A DNA stretch of 64,000 nt. Origin: Thermoplasmata archaeon (GTDB lineage Archaea > Thermoplasmatota > Thermoplasmata > RBG-16-68-12). The stretch's first letter is position 1. Each line of letters opens with the position of its first letter. Where the stretch lies: the NCBI GenBank assembly GCA_035636315.1, contig DASPZJ010000084.1, forward strand, positions 25,401 to 89,400, written 5' to 3'. The notes beneath the pieces were generated by a model that was given only the letters and a program-made list of their open reading frames with translations, did no database searches and was not told the origin of the DNA. The position numbers were made by a program, and so were the translations under genes. Of this stretch, positions 28,049-36,715 are shown piece by piece.

Positions 28049-28500
28049 CCCGAGCCGTCTCGATTCCTCTCTTCCCATCCCTTCTTTTTCTCGCGTCATC
28101 GGCGAGAGGACGCAAGCGCCAACGCCATGTGATTTGTTATCACGTATCGCAGCGGAGAACCACGCCATCGCGTTTCATTATCTTTCGGCGGTGTTCACGC
28201 TCTGGGAAACCGTGAGAATTCAGTTCCACAAAATCCTGTCCGAAGGTCGCAGCGTCCGATACGACCGGGATCCAGATGCCGGCGTCCTCCACCTGAGTGT
28301 GATCGTGACCGAGGACGAGACCCGCCGCAGCCGCTCGAAGCGTTCGACGTAGCCCGCGATCAATCTCTCCATAGGAATCGTCTTCTCGTTCGTCCGGCGA
28401 CGCGTTAGGGATTTCGAACTCCGAGTTTCGCGTTGCGGGGCTCGGGGCCGACGCACCGCGTCTCGCGCGCTGAGGAATTTAATAGGCCGGTCCCATTCGG

Positions 28501-29763
28501 ATGTCGATGGCCCTCGGGACCGAGGCGGTCTACCAGCAGCTCACGATCTTGCTCGTCCTCGCGACCCTGAGCCACCTGACGATCAAGCGGTTCCACCAGC
28601 CCACGATCGTCGGGGAGATTGCCCTCGGCATCCTGATCGGACCGAGCGTCCTCGGCTTCTACTTCAATGTCTATCCGTTCGATCAGGCCCTCGTGGCGAG
28701 CTTCGCGGGGCTGGGCGCGATCTTCCTCCTCTTCCTGATCGGACTGGAGAGCGACTTCCGAGCCATTTACACGACGAAGAACGTCCTCGTGGCGGCCGGC
28801 GGCGTCGCGTTGCCGTTCGTCCTCGGGTTCGTGACGGCGTACCTGCTCGTCCCGCCGAACGCGGTGGGGACCAGCGGCACCCAATTCACGATGGCGATCT
28901 TCATGGGTGCGACGTTGACCGCGACGAGCACCGCGATCGCCGCTTCGGTCCTCCTGGACCTCGGCCTCATGAAGGAGCCAGTGGCCCAGACGATCATGGG
29001 CGCCGCCGTGGTCGACGACATCCTGAGCCTCGTCGTCCTATCGCTCGTCGTCGGCGCGAGCCGCGGCGAGGTCAACCCGCTCTCGATCGGCCTCCTGGTG
29101 CTCGCGGCGCTCGCCTTCATCGGGGTCGGGATGGCGGTGGGAATCTACTTCTTCCGGCGGGTCGTCGTGCGCATCCAGGTCGAGGGGATGAAACTCGGCC
29201 TCAAGCACGGCGGATTCATCATCGCGATGGCGGTCACGTTCCTCTACGCCTTCGTCGCGGAGATCGTCGGCCTCTCCGCGGTCGTCGGCGCGTTCCTCGC
29301 CGGGACGCTGTTCGCCAGCACGCCGCTCCGCGAGGACTTCACGGAGGGCGCCGGATATCTCGGCGCCATCTTCACGCCGATCTTCTTCATCTCGCTCGGG
29401 CTCCAAGTGGATCTTCCGCTGGCCCTCGGGAACGTCGCCCTCCTCGTCTTCGGGGCCGTCCTCACGGTCGTCGCGATCCTCACGAAGGTCGTCGGATGCG
29501 GCATCCCCGCCCGGTTGACGAAGATGACCCGCCACGAGGCCCTCGCGGTCGGATGGGGCATGACGCCTCGGGGGGAGGTCGGCCTGATCGTCGCGCTTGC
29601 TGCCCTCAGCGCGAGTGTGATCGCCGAGTCGTTGTTCTCCGTGCTCGTCGTCGTGATGATCCTCGTCTCGGTGCTCCCGGCCCCGCTCTTCAAGCGAGCG
29701 CTGGCCGGCGTCGACGACGAGCGGCGGCGCGCGAAGGCGGAGGCGGCCGCGGACCCCCGCTAG
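28501..29763 (+). CDS. monovalent cation:proton antiporter (CPA2, Kef/NapA-type)
   Basis: 420 aa with about 12 TM segments and an N-terminal QPTIVGEIALGILIGPSVLG motif. Confidence 0.85.
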   Translation: MSMALGTEAVYQQLTILLVLATLSHLTIKRFHQPTIVGEIALGILIGPSVLGFYFNVYPFDQALVASFAGLGAIFLLFLIGLESDFRAIYTTKNVLVAAGGVALPFVLGFVTAYLLVPPNAVGTSGTQFTMAIFMGATLTATSTAIAASVLLDLGLMKEPVAQTIMGAAVVDDILSLVVLSLVVGASRGEVNPLSIGLLVLAALAFIGVGMAVGIYFFRRVVVRIQVEGMKLGLKHGGFIIAMAVTFLYAFVAEIVGLSAVVGAFLAGTLFASTPLREDFTEGAGYLGAIFTPIFFISLGLQVDLPLALGNVALLVFGAVLTVVAILTKVVGCGIPARLTKMTRHEALAVGWGMTPRGEVGLIVALAALSASVIAESLFSVLVVVMILVSVLPAPLFKRALAGVDDERRRAKAEAAADPR

Positions 29764-30329
29764 GTTCGCTCGACGAGCTTCCCACCGACCACGTCGACCT
29801 TCATCAGCGTCTTGATCCGCAAGCCGAGCTCCTTCTCCATGCGGGCCCGCTCCTTCGTCTTCTCGAAGACGATCAGGATATCCACGACCTCCGCGCCGAT
29901 CGTCCGGAGCGTCTTGACGATCGACAGAAGCGTGCCGCCGGTCGAGATGACGTCGTCGACGAAGACGACCCGGTCCCCCGGGTGCACGTTGTTGATGAAC
30001 ATGTCCGTCTTCGAGTAACCCGTCGTCTGCTTCAGGGAGACTTCGCCGGGAAGCCCGTACCGCCGCTTTCGCACGAAGACGTACGGCTTGCGGACGCGGA
30101 GCGCGACGCCGGACGCCAGCGGGAAGCCCATCGACTCCGCCGTGACGATCTTGTCGCAGCGCGACCAGTCGCCGATTCTCGCGAGTTCCGTCAGGACTTC
30201 CTCGAGCATCTCGGGCCGTCCGAGCGGGATGCCGTCCGTGATCGGATGGACGAAATACTCATATTCGCCAAAGCGGACCACGGGGCACTCGGCGAGGCTC
30301 GCCCGGAGTCGCTCGAGGGCCATCGTCAC
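29760..30329 (-). CDS. hpt: archaeal hypoxanthine/guanine phosphoribosyltransferase
   Basis: CPVVRFGEYEYFVHPITDG...TAESMGFPLA...VVFVDDVISTGGT. Confidence 0.8.
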   Translation of the reverse strand: MTMALERLRASLAECPVVRFGEYEYFVHPITDGIPLGRPEMLEEVLTELARIGDWSRCDKIVTAESMGFPLASGVALRVRKPYVFVRKRRYGLPGEVSLKQTTGYSKTDMFINNVHPGDRVVFVDDVISTGGTLLSIVKTLRTIGAEVVDILIVFEKTKERARMEKELGLRIKTLMKVDVVGGKLVERT

Positions 30330-31582
30330 GCCCTCGACACGAGGTCCCGCGCGACCGCCGCCGCCTTCTCGAGGATGTCCGCTTCGCCCTTCACCCGACG
30401 TCCACGCATGAGGACCTGTCCGTCGCAGATCAGCGTGTCGACGACATTCCCGTGCGCCGAGTAGACCCAGTTACTGACATCATCATGGCGAGGGGTGAAT
30501 TCGGCCCGCCTCGGGTCGATCAGGATGAGGTCTGCGAGGCGCCCGACGCCGACGATTCCCGCATCGATCCCGAGCGCCCGCGCGCCCCCGAGCGTCGCGA
30601 GCTCGAACGCCTCGCGCGCGGGCAAGACCTTCGGGTCTCCGTGGGCGTGCTTCTGCAGCAGGGCCGCGACCTTCATCGTCTCGAACATGTCCAGATTGTT
30701 GTTGCTCGCGGCGCCATCCGTGCCGAGGCCCATCACGAGGCCCGTCTCCTTCATCGCGACGTAGGGCATCGCCTGGCCGGCCGCGAGCTTCATGTTCGAC
30801 ACGGGGCAGTGGGCGACCCTCGTGCCGGTGTGCGCGAGGATCTCGATCTCTCCCGCGTCGAGCCAGCATCCGTGGGCCGCGATGACGTCCTTCGCGAGGA
30901 AGCCGATCGAATCGAGGTACTTGGCGGGTCGCACCCCGTTCTCCGCGAGGCAGTCGTCGACCTCTCGTTTCGTCTCTGAGAGGTGGAGGTGGATCAAGGT
31001 GCCGGTCTTGTCCGCGAGCTCTCGAATCCGAAGGAGGGAATCCTTCGAGACCGTGTAGATCGCATGGGGGCCGAGGACCGCGGTGATGCGCTCCGTCCGG
31101 AGCGACTCGATCTTGCGGTTCGCCTCGTCCGCGGCCCGGAGCTGCTTCGCCGCCCTCTCGGGATCGTTGAGGTCCACGATGCCCTCCGCGAGGAACGCGC
31201 GGAGCCCCATCTCTTTCGCCGCCTTCGCCGCTTGGTCCGCGTGGAAGTACATGTCGTTGAAGGTCGTCGTGCCGCTCTTGATCATCTCGAGGCATGCGAG
31301 CTTCGTCCCCCAGTAGACGTCGTCCGGCGTGAGCCGTGCCTCGGCGGGCCAGATCCGCGTCTCGAGCCACGTCGCGAGGTCCAGGTCGTCCCCGTAGCCG
31401 CGGAACAAGGTCATGGCCGCGTGCGTGTGCAGGTTCACGAGGCCCGGGAGCGCGATGCGCCCCTTGCCGTCCAGGACGGTGTCGGCCTCCTGTCTCTTTC
31501 CGATCTCCGCGATCCGGTTGCCTTCGATGTAGATCTGGGTGACGTCGCCCTCGAGCTGCACGTCTCGGATCAGGATGCTCAT
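30326..31582 (-). CDS. mtaD: 5'-methylthioadenosine / S-adenosylhomocysteine deaminase (amidohydrolase)
   Basis: LPGLVNLHTHAAMTLFRG...HLHLSET...GLGTDGAASNNNLDMF. ATGA overlap with mtnP. Confidence 0.8.
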   Translation of the reverse strand: MSILIRDVQLEGDVTQIYIEGNRIAEIGKRQEADTVLDGKGRIALPGLVNLHTHAAMTLFRGYGDDLDLATWLETRIWPAEARLTPDDVYWGTKLACLEMIKSGTTTFNDMYFHADQAAKAAKEMGLRAFLAEGIVDLNDPERAAKQLRAADEANRKIESLRTERITAVLGPHAIYTVSKDSLLRIRELADKTGTLIHLHLSETKREVDDCLAENGVRPAKYLDSIGFLAKDVIAAHGCWLDAGEIEILAHTGTRVAHCPVSNMKLAAGQAMPYVAMKETGLVMGLGTDGAASNNNLDMFETMKVAALLQKHAHGDPKVLPAREAFELATLGGARALGIDAGIVGVGRLADLILIDPRRAEFTPRHDDVSNWVYSAHGNVVDTLICDGQVLMRGRRVKGEADILEKAAAVARDLVSRA

Positions 31583-32304
31583 CCGATGTGCCCCAGCGCA
31601 TGCACGACGATCGATCGCGTCAGGTCCTCGTTCGCTCGTTGCGTCTCCCGGATCCCTTCGAACGTCAGTGGCTCGTCCACGATCCCGTTCGCAAAGTTGT
31701 CGACCGTGCACAGGGCGGCGTACGGCAGCCCGAGTTCGCTCGCGAGCGTCGCCTCGGACGCCATCGTCATCCCGACGACGTCGCCGATCGTCTTGAAGTA
31801 CGCGATCTCCGCGCGCGTCTCGAGGCGCGGCCCGATCGTCTGCACGTACACGCCTTGCCCGCGGACCGCGGCCCTCGCGTCCCTCGCCCCTGCGACGAGC
31901 GCGTTCCGCAGTCCTTCGTCGAGGGACGGCGTCGCGTGGACCACCGTCTCGTCGAAGTACGTCGGGATGGTCCAGAAGGAGACGAAGTCGTCGGGCACGA
32001 CGAACGTCCCCGGCCGGATCGTCTTCTTCAGGGAGCCGGTGGACGAGGTCCCCAGGATGTGCGTCACCCCGAGCTCCTTGAGCGCCCACACGTTCGCTCG
32101 GTGGTTGAGCTTGTGCGGAGGGATGCGGTGATCCTTCCCGTGGCGCGGGAGGAACACGACGGTCATCGGTCCGCGCTTCCCTGTCCGCGGCGGGTCGCTC
32201 GGGGCGCCGTGGGGCGTCACGAGGAACCGGGCCTGCTCGTCCTCGAGCGTGAACGCGTCCCCGAGCGCGGAGCCTCCGATGATCCCGACGAGCGGTGGCG
32301 CCAC
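31579..32304 (-). CDS. mtnP: S-methyl-5'-thioadenosine phosphorylase
   Basis: VGIIGGS...FLPRHGKDHRIPPHKLNHRANVWALKELGV...GMTMASEA. GTG start. Confidence 0.85.
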   Translation of the reverse strand: MAPPLVGIIGGSALGDAFTLEDEQARFLVTPHGAPSDPPRTGKRGPMTVVFLPRHGKDHRIPPHKLNHRANVWALKELGVTHILGTSSTGSLKKTIRPGTFVVPDDFVSFWTIPTYFDETVVHATPSLDEGLRNALVAGARDARAAVRGQGVYVQTIGPRLETRAEIAYFKTIGDVVGMTMASEATLASELGLPYAALCTVDNFANGIVDEPLTFEGIRETQRANEDLTRSIVVHALGHIG

Positions 32305-32327
32305 GGAGGCGGACGAAAAGCCCTCGG

Positions 32328-32338
32328 CCGATAAAGCT
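32328..32338 (-). promoter_or_regulatory. TATA-like box for mtnP-mtaD-hpt
   Basis: agctttatcgg on the minus strand, centred about 29 nt upstream of the GTG at 32304. Confidence 0.4.
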
Positions 32339-32480
32339 TCCGGGCTCCGGGCCGGCTAGGGGGCGACCGCCCGGGGAAGGGGGCCAGCGTCCGTTCGTAA
32401 GGTTCTTCCCGGCCCGTGCATCACGCGTGAACACGCCTGATGCGGGAATAACTCTCACCCCCGATACGCGACACCATACG

Positions 32481-32488
32481 TATAAAAA
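32481..32488 (+). promoter_or_regulatory. TATA box (TATAAAAA) for the DUF835 gene
   Basis: About 35 nt upstream of the ATG at 32520. Confidence 0.45.
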
Positions 32489-32519
32489 CGGACCTCCGGA
32501 TGGTAAGCCGGTTCTGAAA

Positions 32520-33053
32520 ATGCGGCGGCTTCTGTGGCCGCTCCTGTTCGCGTTTGAGGAGGACGAACTTCTCAGGGACCTGCTCTTCGGGAAGAAGAAG
32601 GACCTCGAAGAAGGTCGCGCCTACCTCGTCAAGGAACGCAAGCCGGAGAAAGGCCTGAGCTACTTCCACCAGGCGATCGACGCCGGGTGGAGGCCGATGT
32701 ACATCACCCGCCAGCACCCGAACCACGTCCTCCGGCGCCGCGGGGACCACGACATCCGGGTGGTCTGGCTGTCGACGACCCTCGGGAAGGACTACATTGA
32801 TCCGCACAACCTGAACAGCCTCAGCAACCTCGTGGGGAACTTTGTGACCGACGGCCCCAGGGCGGTCATCCTCCTGGACGGGATCGAGTACCTCATGATC
32901 AACAACGACTTCGCGCGGATCCTGCATTTCTTGGAGTACGTCAACGAGCAGATCGCCTTGCACCGCGCGTCCGTCCTCCTGAGCGTCGACGACCGGGCGT
33001 TCGAGCCGAAGGAACTCGCGTTGATCGAGCGGAACACGTCGACGCTCGAGTGA
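32520..33053 (+). CDS. DUF835 domain protein
   Basis: YLVKERKPEKGL..F......G....YITRQHP......VWLS......IDP..L..L......ILLDGIEYL pattern. Confidence 0.7.
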   Translation: MRRLLWPLLFAFEEDELLRDLLFGKKKDLEEGRAYLVKERKPEKGLSYFHQAIDAGWRPMYITRQHPNHVLRRRGDHDIRVVWLSTTLGKDYIDPHNLNSLSNLVGNFVTDGPRAVILLDGIEYLMINNDFARILHFLEYVNEQIALHRASVLLSVDDRAFEPKELALIERNTSTLE

Positions 33054-33162
33054 ACCCGATCCGGCGGCGATCGCTCGACGTCGCTTGAAATCTCGCGGGA
33101 ATGAGACGCGGCCGGTGAGGTCCGCGGCTTTATGACGGGCCGCCGGCATTCGCGTGCGATCG

Positions 33163-34947
33163 ATGCTCGAGATCCTCCACCGAGGCGGCCTCGGACGGAC
33201 TGCGGAGTGGCGTCGCGGCGGCCGTTCGTTGGCTCTGCCGACGGTCCTCTTCGTGGACCTCCCGTCTCGAAGGGCGCCCGACTACGCCGAGGTCCTGTTC
33301 GTCCGTGAGCGCACGCAAGACCCGCGGCCGCAGATCCGGGTGAGCGGCAGCCTATTCGCTCCCCAATCCGTCGGCCATCCCGACGATCTCCCGCCGACGA
33401 AGGGCTTGCCGGCGTCGATGGCCGACCTCGACATGCCGTCCACGGACCCCATCGGAGACCTCGCGATCGTCGCGGGCGAGTCCGACATCGGGGCGGCGAA
33501 GGCCGCGGACGCCGTCTTCCTGGCCAACGGTCCCGAGTTCGAACGCTCGCCTCGGGACTTCGTCGCCGCCGTGCAGCGTGTACGGGACGAACTGGGCCCC
33601 GGGAAGGTCCTCGCGGTCACGGGGCTCGCGACGCCGTCGAACCTGGCCGTCCTCGTCTACGCCGGAATCGACGTCGTCGATTCGAGCCGCATCGAGCTCG
33701 ACAGCGCCCGAGGCTTCTTCCATACCGCCGACGGCGCGTGGCCGGAGGACGAGGCGGACCGCCAGGCGTGCGGCTGTCCCGCGTGTACGGCGGAGGAGGG
33801 CCTCGCGGCGCACAACGAACGCGCGTTGTTCCGCGAGATGCTCCTCGTGCGGAACCACCTCGCCCACGGACGCTTGCGGGAGCTGGTCGAGCGTCGTCTC
33901 GCGAACGCGCCGTGGAACACCGCCATCGTGCGTCATCTCGACCTGCGCGGGTACGACCTTGTCGAGCCGTACACCCCTGTCGCCGGCGGCGAGCTCCTCG
34001 CGTACTCGCGGGAGTCGCTCACCCGGCCGGAGGTCGTCCGGTTCAGGCGTCGGGTGCGGGAACGTTACACAAAGCCGCCGTCGGCGAGGATCCTCCTCTT
34101 GTTGCCGTGCTCTGCCCGCAAGCCGTACTCCCTGAGTCGGAGCCACCGCCGCTTCCGCGATGCGATCGTGGCGTCGAAGAATCCCTCCGTCGTACACGAG
34201 GTGATTGTCACGTCGCCGCTCGGCCTCATCCCCCGGGAGCTGGAGCGGTTCTATCCCGCCCGCGCCTACGACATCCCCGTCACCGGCGACTGGAGCCGGG
34301 ATGAGGCCGCCATGGTGGCAGACGACCTGCGGGCCTACGTCGAGGCGAATCGGTACGACGCCGTGATCGCCCACCTCGCCGCTGAAATGCCGATCGTCCG
34401 GGAGGCGTTGCCCGATGCCATCCCGACGTCGAAGGAACGCCCTGCGTCGGACGAATCCCTCGCCTCGCTCACGTACGCGCTGAACGAGACGACGGCGCGA
34501 TACGAGCGGGTGTCGAAAGGGGCCCGGTTCGCGGAGGAGATGGGGAACATCGCGCGCTTCCAGTTCGGCGAGCCGGGCCGGGCTCTCGTCGACGGGGCGA
34601 CGTTCCGTGGCCGCTTCCCGGACGTCCGTATCATCGAGGGGGGCCGCCAGGTGGCGATGCACACGGGCCGGGGGATGTTGTCGCTCACCCTCGACGGCGG
34701 CGGGATCCTCTCGAAGCGGGACGTGTATTGGGTCGAGATCGAAGACTTCCTCCCCAAGGGCAACGTCTTCGCCGTCGGGGTCGTCGATGCGGCCCGGGAA
34801 ATCCGTCCGGGCGACGAAGTCATCGTCCGCCACGGCGACGACGTGCGGGCGGTCGGGACGGCGCGCCTAGGCTGGCGGGAGATGGTCGATCTGCGTCGCG
34901 GCGAGGCGGTCCACGTGCGCCACGTCGTTGCGCCTCCGCAACGTTAA
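33163..34947 (+). CDS. arcS: archaeosine synthase ArcS (TGT-like, DUF5591 and PUA domains)
   Basis: CGCPAC zinc motif, LLLLPCSARKPYSLSRSH (DUF5591-type), and a C-terminal PUA-like region (VFAVGVVDAAREIRPGDEVIV). An alternative GTG start lies at 33154. Confidence 0.75.
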   Translation: MLEILHRGGLGRTAEWRRGGRSLALPTVLFVDLPSRRAPDYAEVLFVRERTQDPRPQIRVSGSLFAPQSVGHPDDLPPTKGLPASMADLDMPSTDPIGDLAIVAGESDIGAAKAADAVFLANGPEFERSPRDFVAAVQRVRDELGPGKVLAVTGLATPSNLAVLVYAGIDVVDSSRIELDSARGFFHTADGAWPEDEADRQACGCPACTAEEGLAAHNERALFREMLLVRNHLAHGRLRELVERRLANAPWNTAIVRHLDLRGYDLVEPYTPVAGGELLAYSRESLTRPEVVRFRRRVRERYTKPPSARILLLLPCSARKPYSLSRSHRRFRDAIVASKNPSVVHEVIVTSPLGLIPRELERFYPARAYDIPVTGDWSRDEAAMVADDLRAYVEANRYDAVIAHLAAEMPIVREALPDAIPTSKERPASDESLASLTYALNETTARYERVSKGARFAEEMGNIARFQFGEPGRALVDGATFRGRFPDVRIIEGGRQVAMHTGRGMLSLTLDGGGILSKRDVYWVEIEDFLPKGNVFAVGVVDAAREIRPGDEVIVRHGDDVRAVGTARLGWREMVDLRRGEAVHVRHVVAPPQR

Positions 34948-34976
34948 GGGGCAGCGGGCCCCATCGGCGTCCGCGG

Positions 34977-35225
34977 ATGGCGCTCCTGCCCGACCTCGGG
35001 GCCGCGGTCCTCGACGCGGTCGTTGTGTTCCTGCTGGTACTCGGGTTCCTCGTCGTGTTCATCGAGACGATTTCGGTTCGGCGGCTCGTCAGCGCGATCG
35101 CGTCCCTCGCGATTGTCGCGGTCGTCCTCGGGTTGATCGGGGAGACTGGCGTCGCGCTCCTCGCGGTCGGCGTGGGCGGGGCGCTGGTCGCGAACCACGC
35201 GTTCGAGTGGCTGACGACGCGGTAG
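34977..35225 (+). CDS. small membrane protein (hypothetical)
   Basis: 82 aa with three hydrophobic segments. Confidence 0.4.
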   Translation: MALLPDLGAAVLDAVVVFLLVLGFLVVFIETISVRRLVSAIASLAIVAVVLGLIGETGVALLAVGVGGALVANHAFEWLTTR

Positions 35226-35309
35226 GAGTCGCGCGCGCCGAACCAGGTCGATTGGGGTTTCCAACGAATCCTTTTTCTGCATCCATGGCGGCTCGGGGGC
35301 GGGGTTGCA

Positions 35310-35816
35310 GTGAGGGTGTCGCGAGGCCTGCACAGGCTATTCCGCAATTCGTTGCTTGTCCTCCTCGTCTTCACCGGGGTCGGGGTCCTCTTTTCCCTCG
35401 TGCCTGCGCTGGTCCCTCCGCAAGCGGGGGCGGGATTCGCCTATGCGTTCTTCGTCGCGGGACTCGTATGGATGGCCGTCGCCTGGTTCTCGGGGGGCTT
35501 CGTCGCCACGTACCGCGCGCCCATCCTCGCGACGCAGGCCGGGAACCCCTTCTACTACGCGGTTCGCGATCGAATGACGGACCTGACGTTGCCTTCTGAC
35601 GGCCCCGCGGTGATGGCGGACTTGCGGGAGAAGATGTCCGAGCAGCCCGCGGCAATGCTGGTCGCATTCCTCAAGGGACTCGCGTTCTTCGGACTCGCGG
35701 CGTTGTTCTATCTCGCTCCCGACGTCGGCGAAATTGCGCTCGCCGTCGCCATCGGTGTTTTCGCGGTTCTATTCGTGCAATCGCGAGGCGAACCGTCAGA
35801 GGCCAATCGGACCTGA
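35310..35816 (+). CDS. membrane protein (hypothetical)
   Basis: 168 aa with four hydrophobic segments. GTG start. Confidence 0.45.
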   Translation: MRVSRGLHRLFRNSLLVLLVFTGVGVLFSLVPALVPPQAGAGFAYAFFVAGLVWMAVAWFSGGFVATYRAPILATQAGNPFYYAVRDRMTDLTLPSDGPAVMADLREKMSEQPAAMLVAFLKGLAFFGLAALFYLAPDVGEIALAVAIGVFAVLFVQSRGEPSEANRT

Positions 35817-35948
35817 GAATTGCGATCGCCCGTCCGCGGGGCCTGCGAACACTTTCACCCCTCCAGCCGAGTACTTTCGCGCACCTCTCCCCTGTCCCGC
35901 GCTTTATACCTGCTCTCTCTTCGGACGTCCGTGCAAAGCGCGGCGATC

Positions 35949-36056
35949 ATGGCCCCGGTGAACGACATGTACTCGGGAGAAGACCACAGCTGGCAAGATG
36001 TCTACGCGTCGTACGGATGCCCGCTCGAATTCGATGCATCCGACGACGACGGCTAA
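35949..36056 (+). CDS. 35-aa acidic peptide (hypothetical)
   Basis: MAPVNDMYSGEDHSWQDVYASYGCPLEFDASDDDG. The TATA-like gctttatacc lies about 43 nt upstream, and a hairpin plus T8 follows downstream. Confidence 0.3.
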   Translation: MAPVNDMYSGEDHSWQDVYASYGCPLEFDASDDDG

Positions 36057-36083
36057 CGATTACAGCCCATCCATCCCACTGAT

Positions 36084-36133
36084 CGGCGGAGAGGGGTCGC
36101 CTCCACGACTCCGCCGGTCGACTTCTTTTTTTT
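36084..36133 (+). terminator. hairpin (CGGCGGAG/CTCCGCCG) followed by a T8 run
   Basis: 8-bp inverted repeat at 36084-36091 and 36109-36116, then tttttttt at 36126-36133. Archaeal termination commonly uses oligo-T tracts. Confidence 0.4.
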
Positions 36134-36183
36134 GCGGACCCGAGCGCCCACGATGCCGTCGAACCGTATCGGAATCCTCGAAA

Positions 36184-36193
36184 AGCTTAATGC
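36184..36193 (+). promoter_or_regulatory. TATA-like box for tRNA-Gly
   Basis: agcttaatgc about 27 nt upstream of the tRNA 5' end. Confidence 0.4.
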
Positions 36194-36217
36194 GAATTGC
36201 CTTGCTGTCGCGCCTGC

Positions 36218-36290
36218 GCAGGGATGGTCCAGCTGGTTAAGACCCAGGCCTTCCAAGCCTGAGACCCGGGTTCAAATCCCGGTCCCTGCA
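36218..36290 (+). tRNA. tRNA-Gly (anticodon TCC)
   Basis: Acceptor GCAGGGA/TCCCTGC, anticodon stem CAGGC/GCCTG, loop CTTCCAA, T arm CCGGG-TTCAAAT-CCCGG. Confidence 0.85.
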
Positions 36291-36294
36291 CTCC

Positions 36295-36522
36295 CTACGC
36301 GCGCGATTTCTTGACGGGCCGTTTGCGGGGTTTCGTCCGCGGCCCTCGGACGAGCGACTCCAGCTCGTCGATCGCCGTCATGAGGTCGTGAACGTCCTCG
36401 CCCGCGTTCTCGAGGTCCCTCGCGACCTCGCGCACATTCGGGATCGTGCGGGTCGCCAGCCACTCGCGTGTCTCCTTACGGAGCCTCGCCGGATCCGCGT
36501 GCTCCGACTTGTGCTTGGTCAT
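36295..36522 (-). CDS. small charged protein (hypothetical)
   Basis: MTKHKSEHADPARLRKETREWLA...KPRKRPVKKSRA. An alternative ATG lies at 36531. Confidence 0.35.
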   Translation of the reverse strand: MTKHKSEHADPARLRKETREWLATRTIPNVREVARDLENAGEDVHDLMTAIDELESLVRGPRTKPRKRPVKKSRA

Positions 36523-36715
36523 TCGTCCCATCCGTCCGACGATTGTCCGTCGTGAATCGGTTCGGCGGTATTTAGTCGCATCGGAAACGAGACGTCGTCT
36601 GTCCCCATGGGCGATTGTCCACGTGCATGGCCATTGGCGATATCTATAAGTCATCCAGCCTACATGTCGGCCAGTTGTCCGACGCGACCCCCAAGGGCCG
36701 CGTGCGCGGGATGGG

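Noticed and set aside
28134-28352. 72-aa plus-strand ORF between the second wHTH gene and the antiporter.
   Set aside because: The third-position G+C bias of its 3' half suggests coding. The start is ambiguous (TTG 28134 or GTG 28212) and there is no recognisable domain. It is mentioned under the operator finding only.
36218-36290. My first-pass call of this tRNA as tRNA-Trp (CCA).
   Set aside because: Re-registering the fold gives anticodon stem CAGGC/GCCTG and the 7-nt loop CTTCCAA. The anticodon is therefore TCC (Gly). CCA was a one-base mis-registration.
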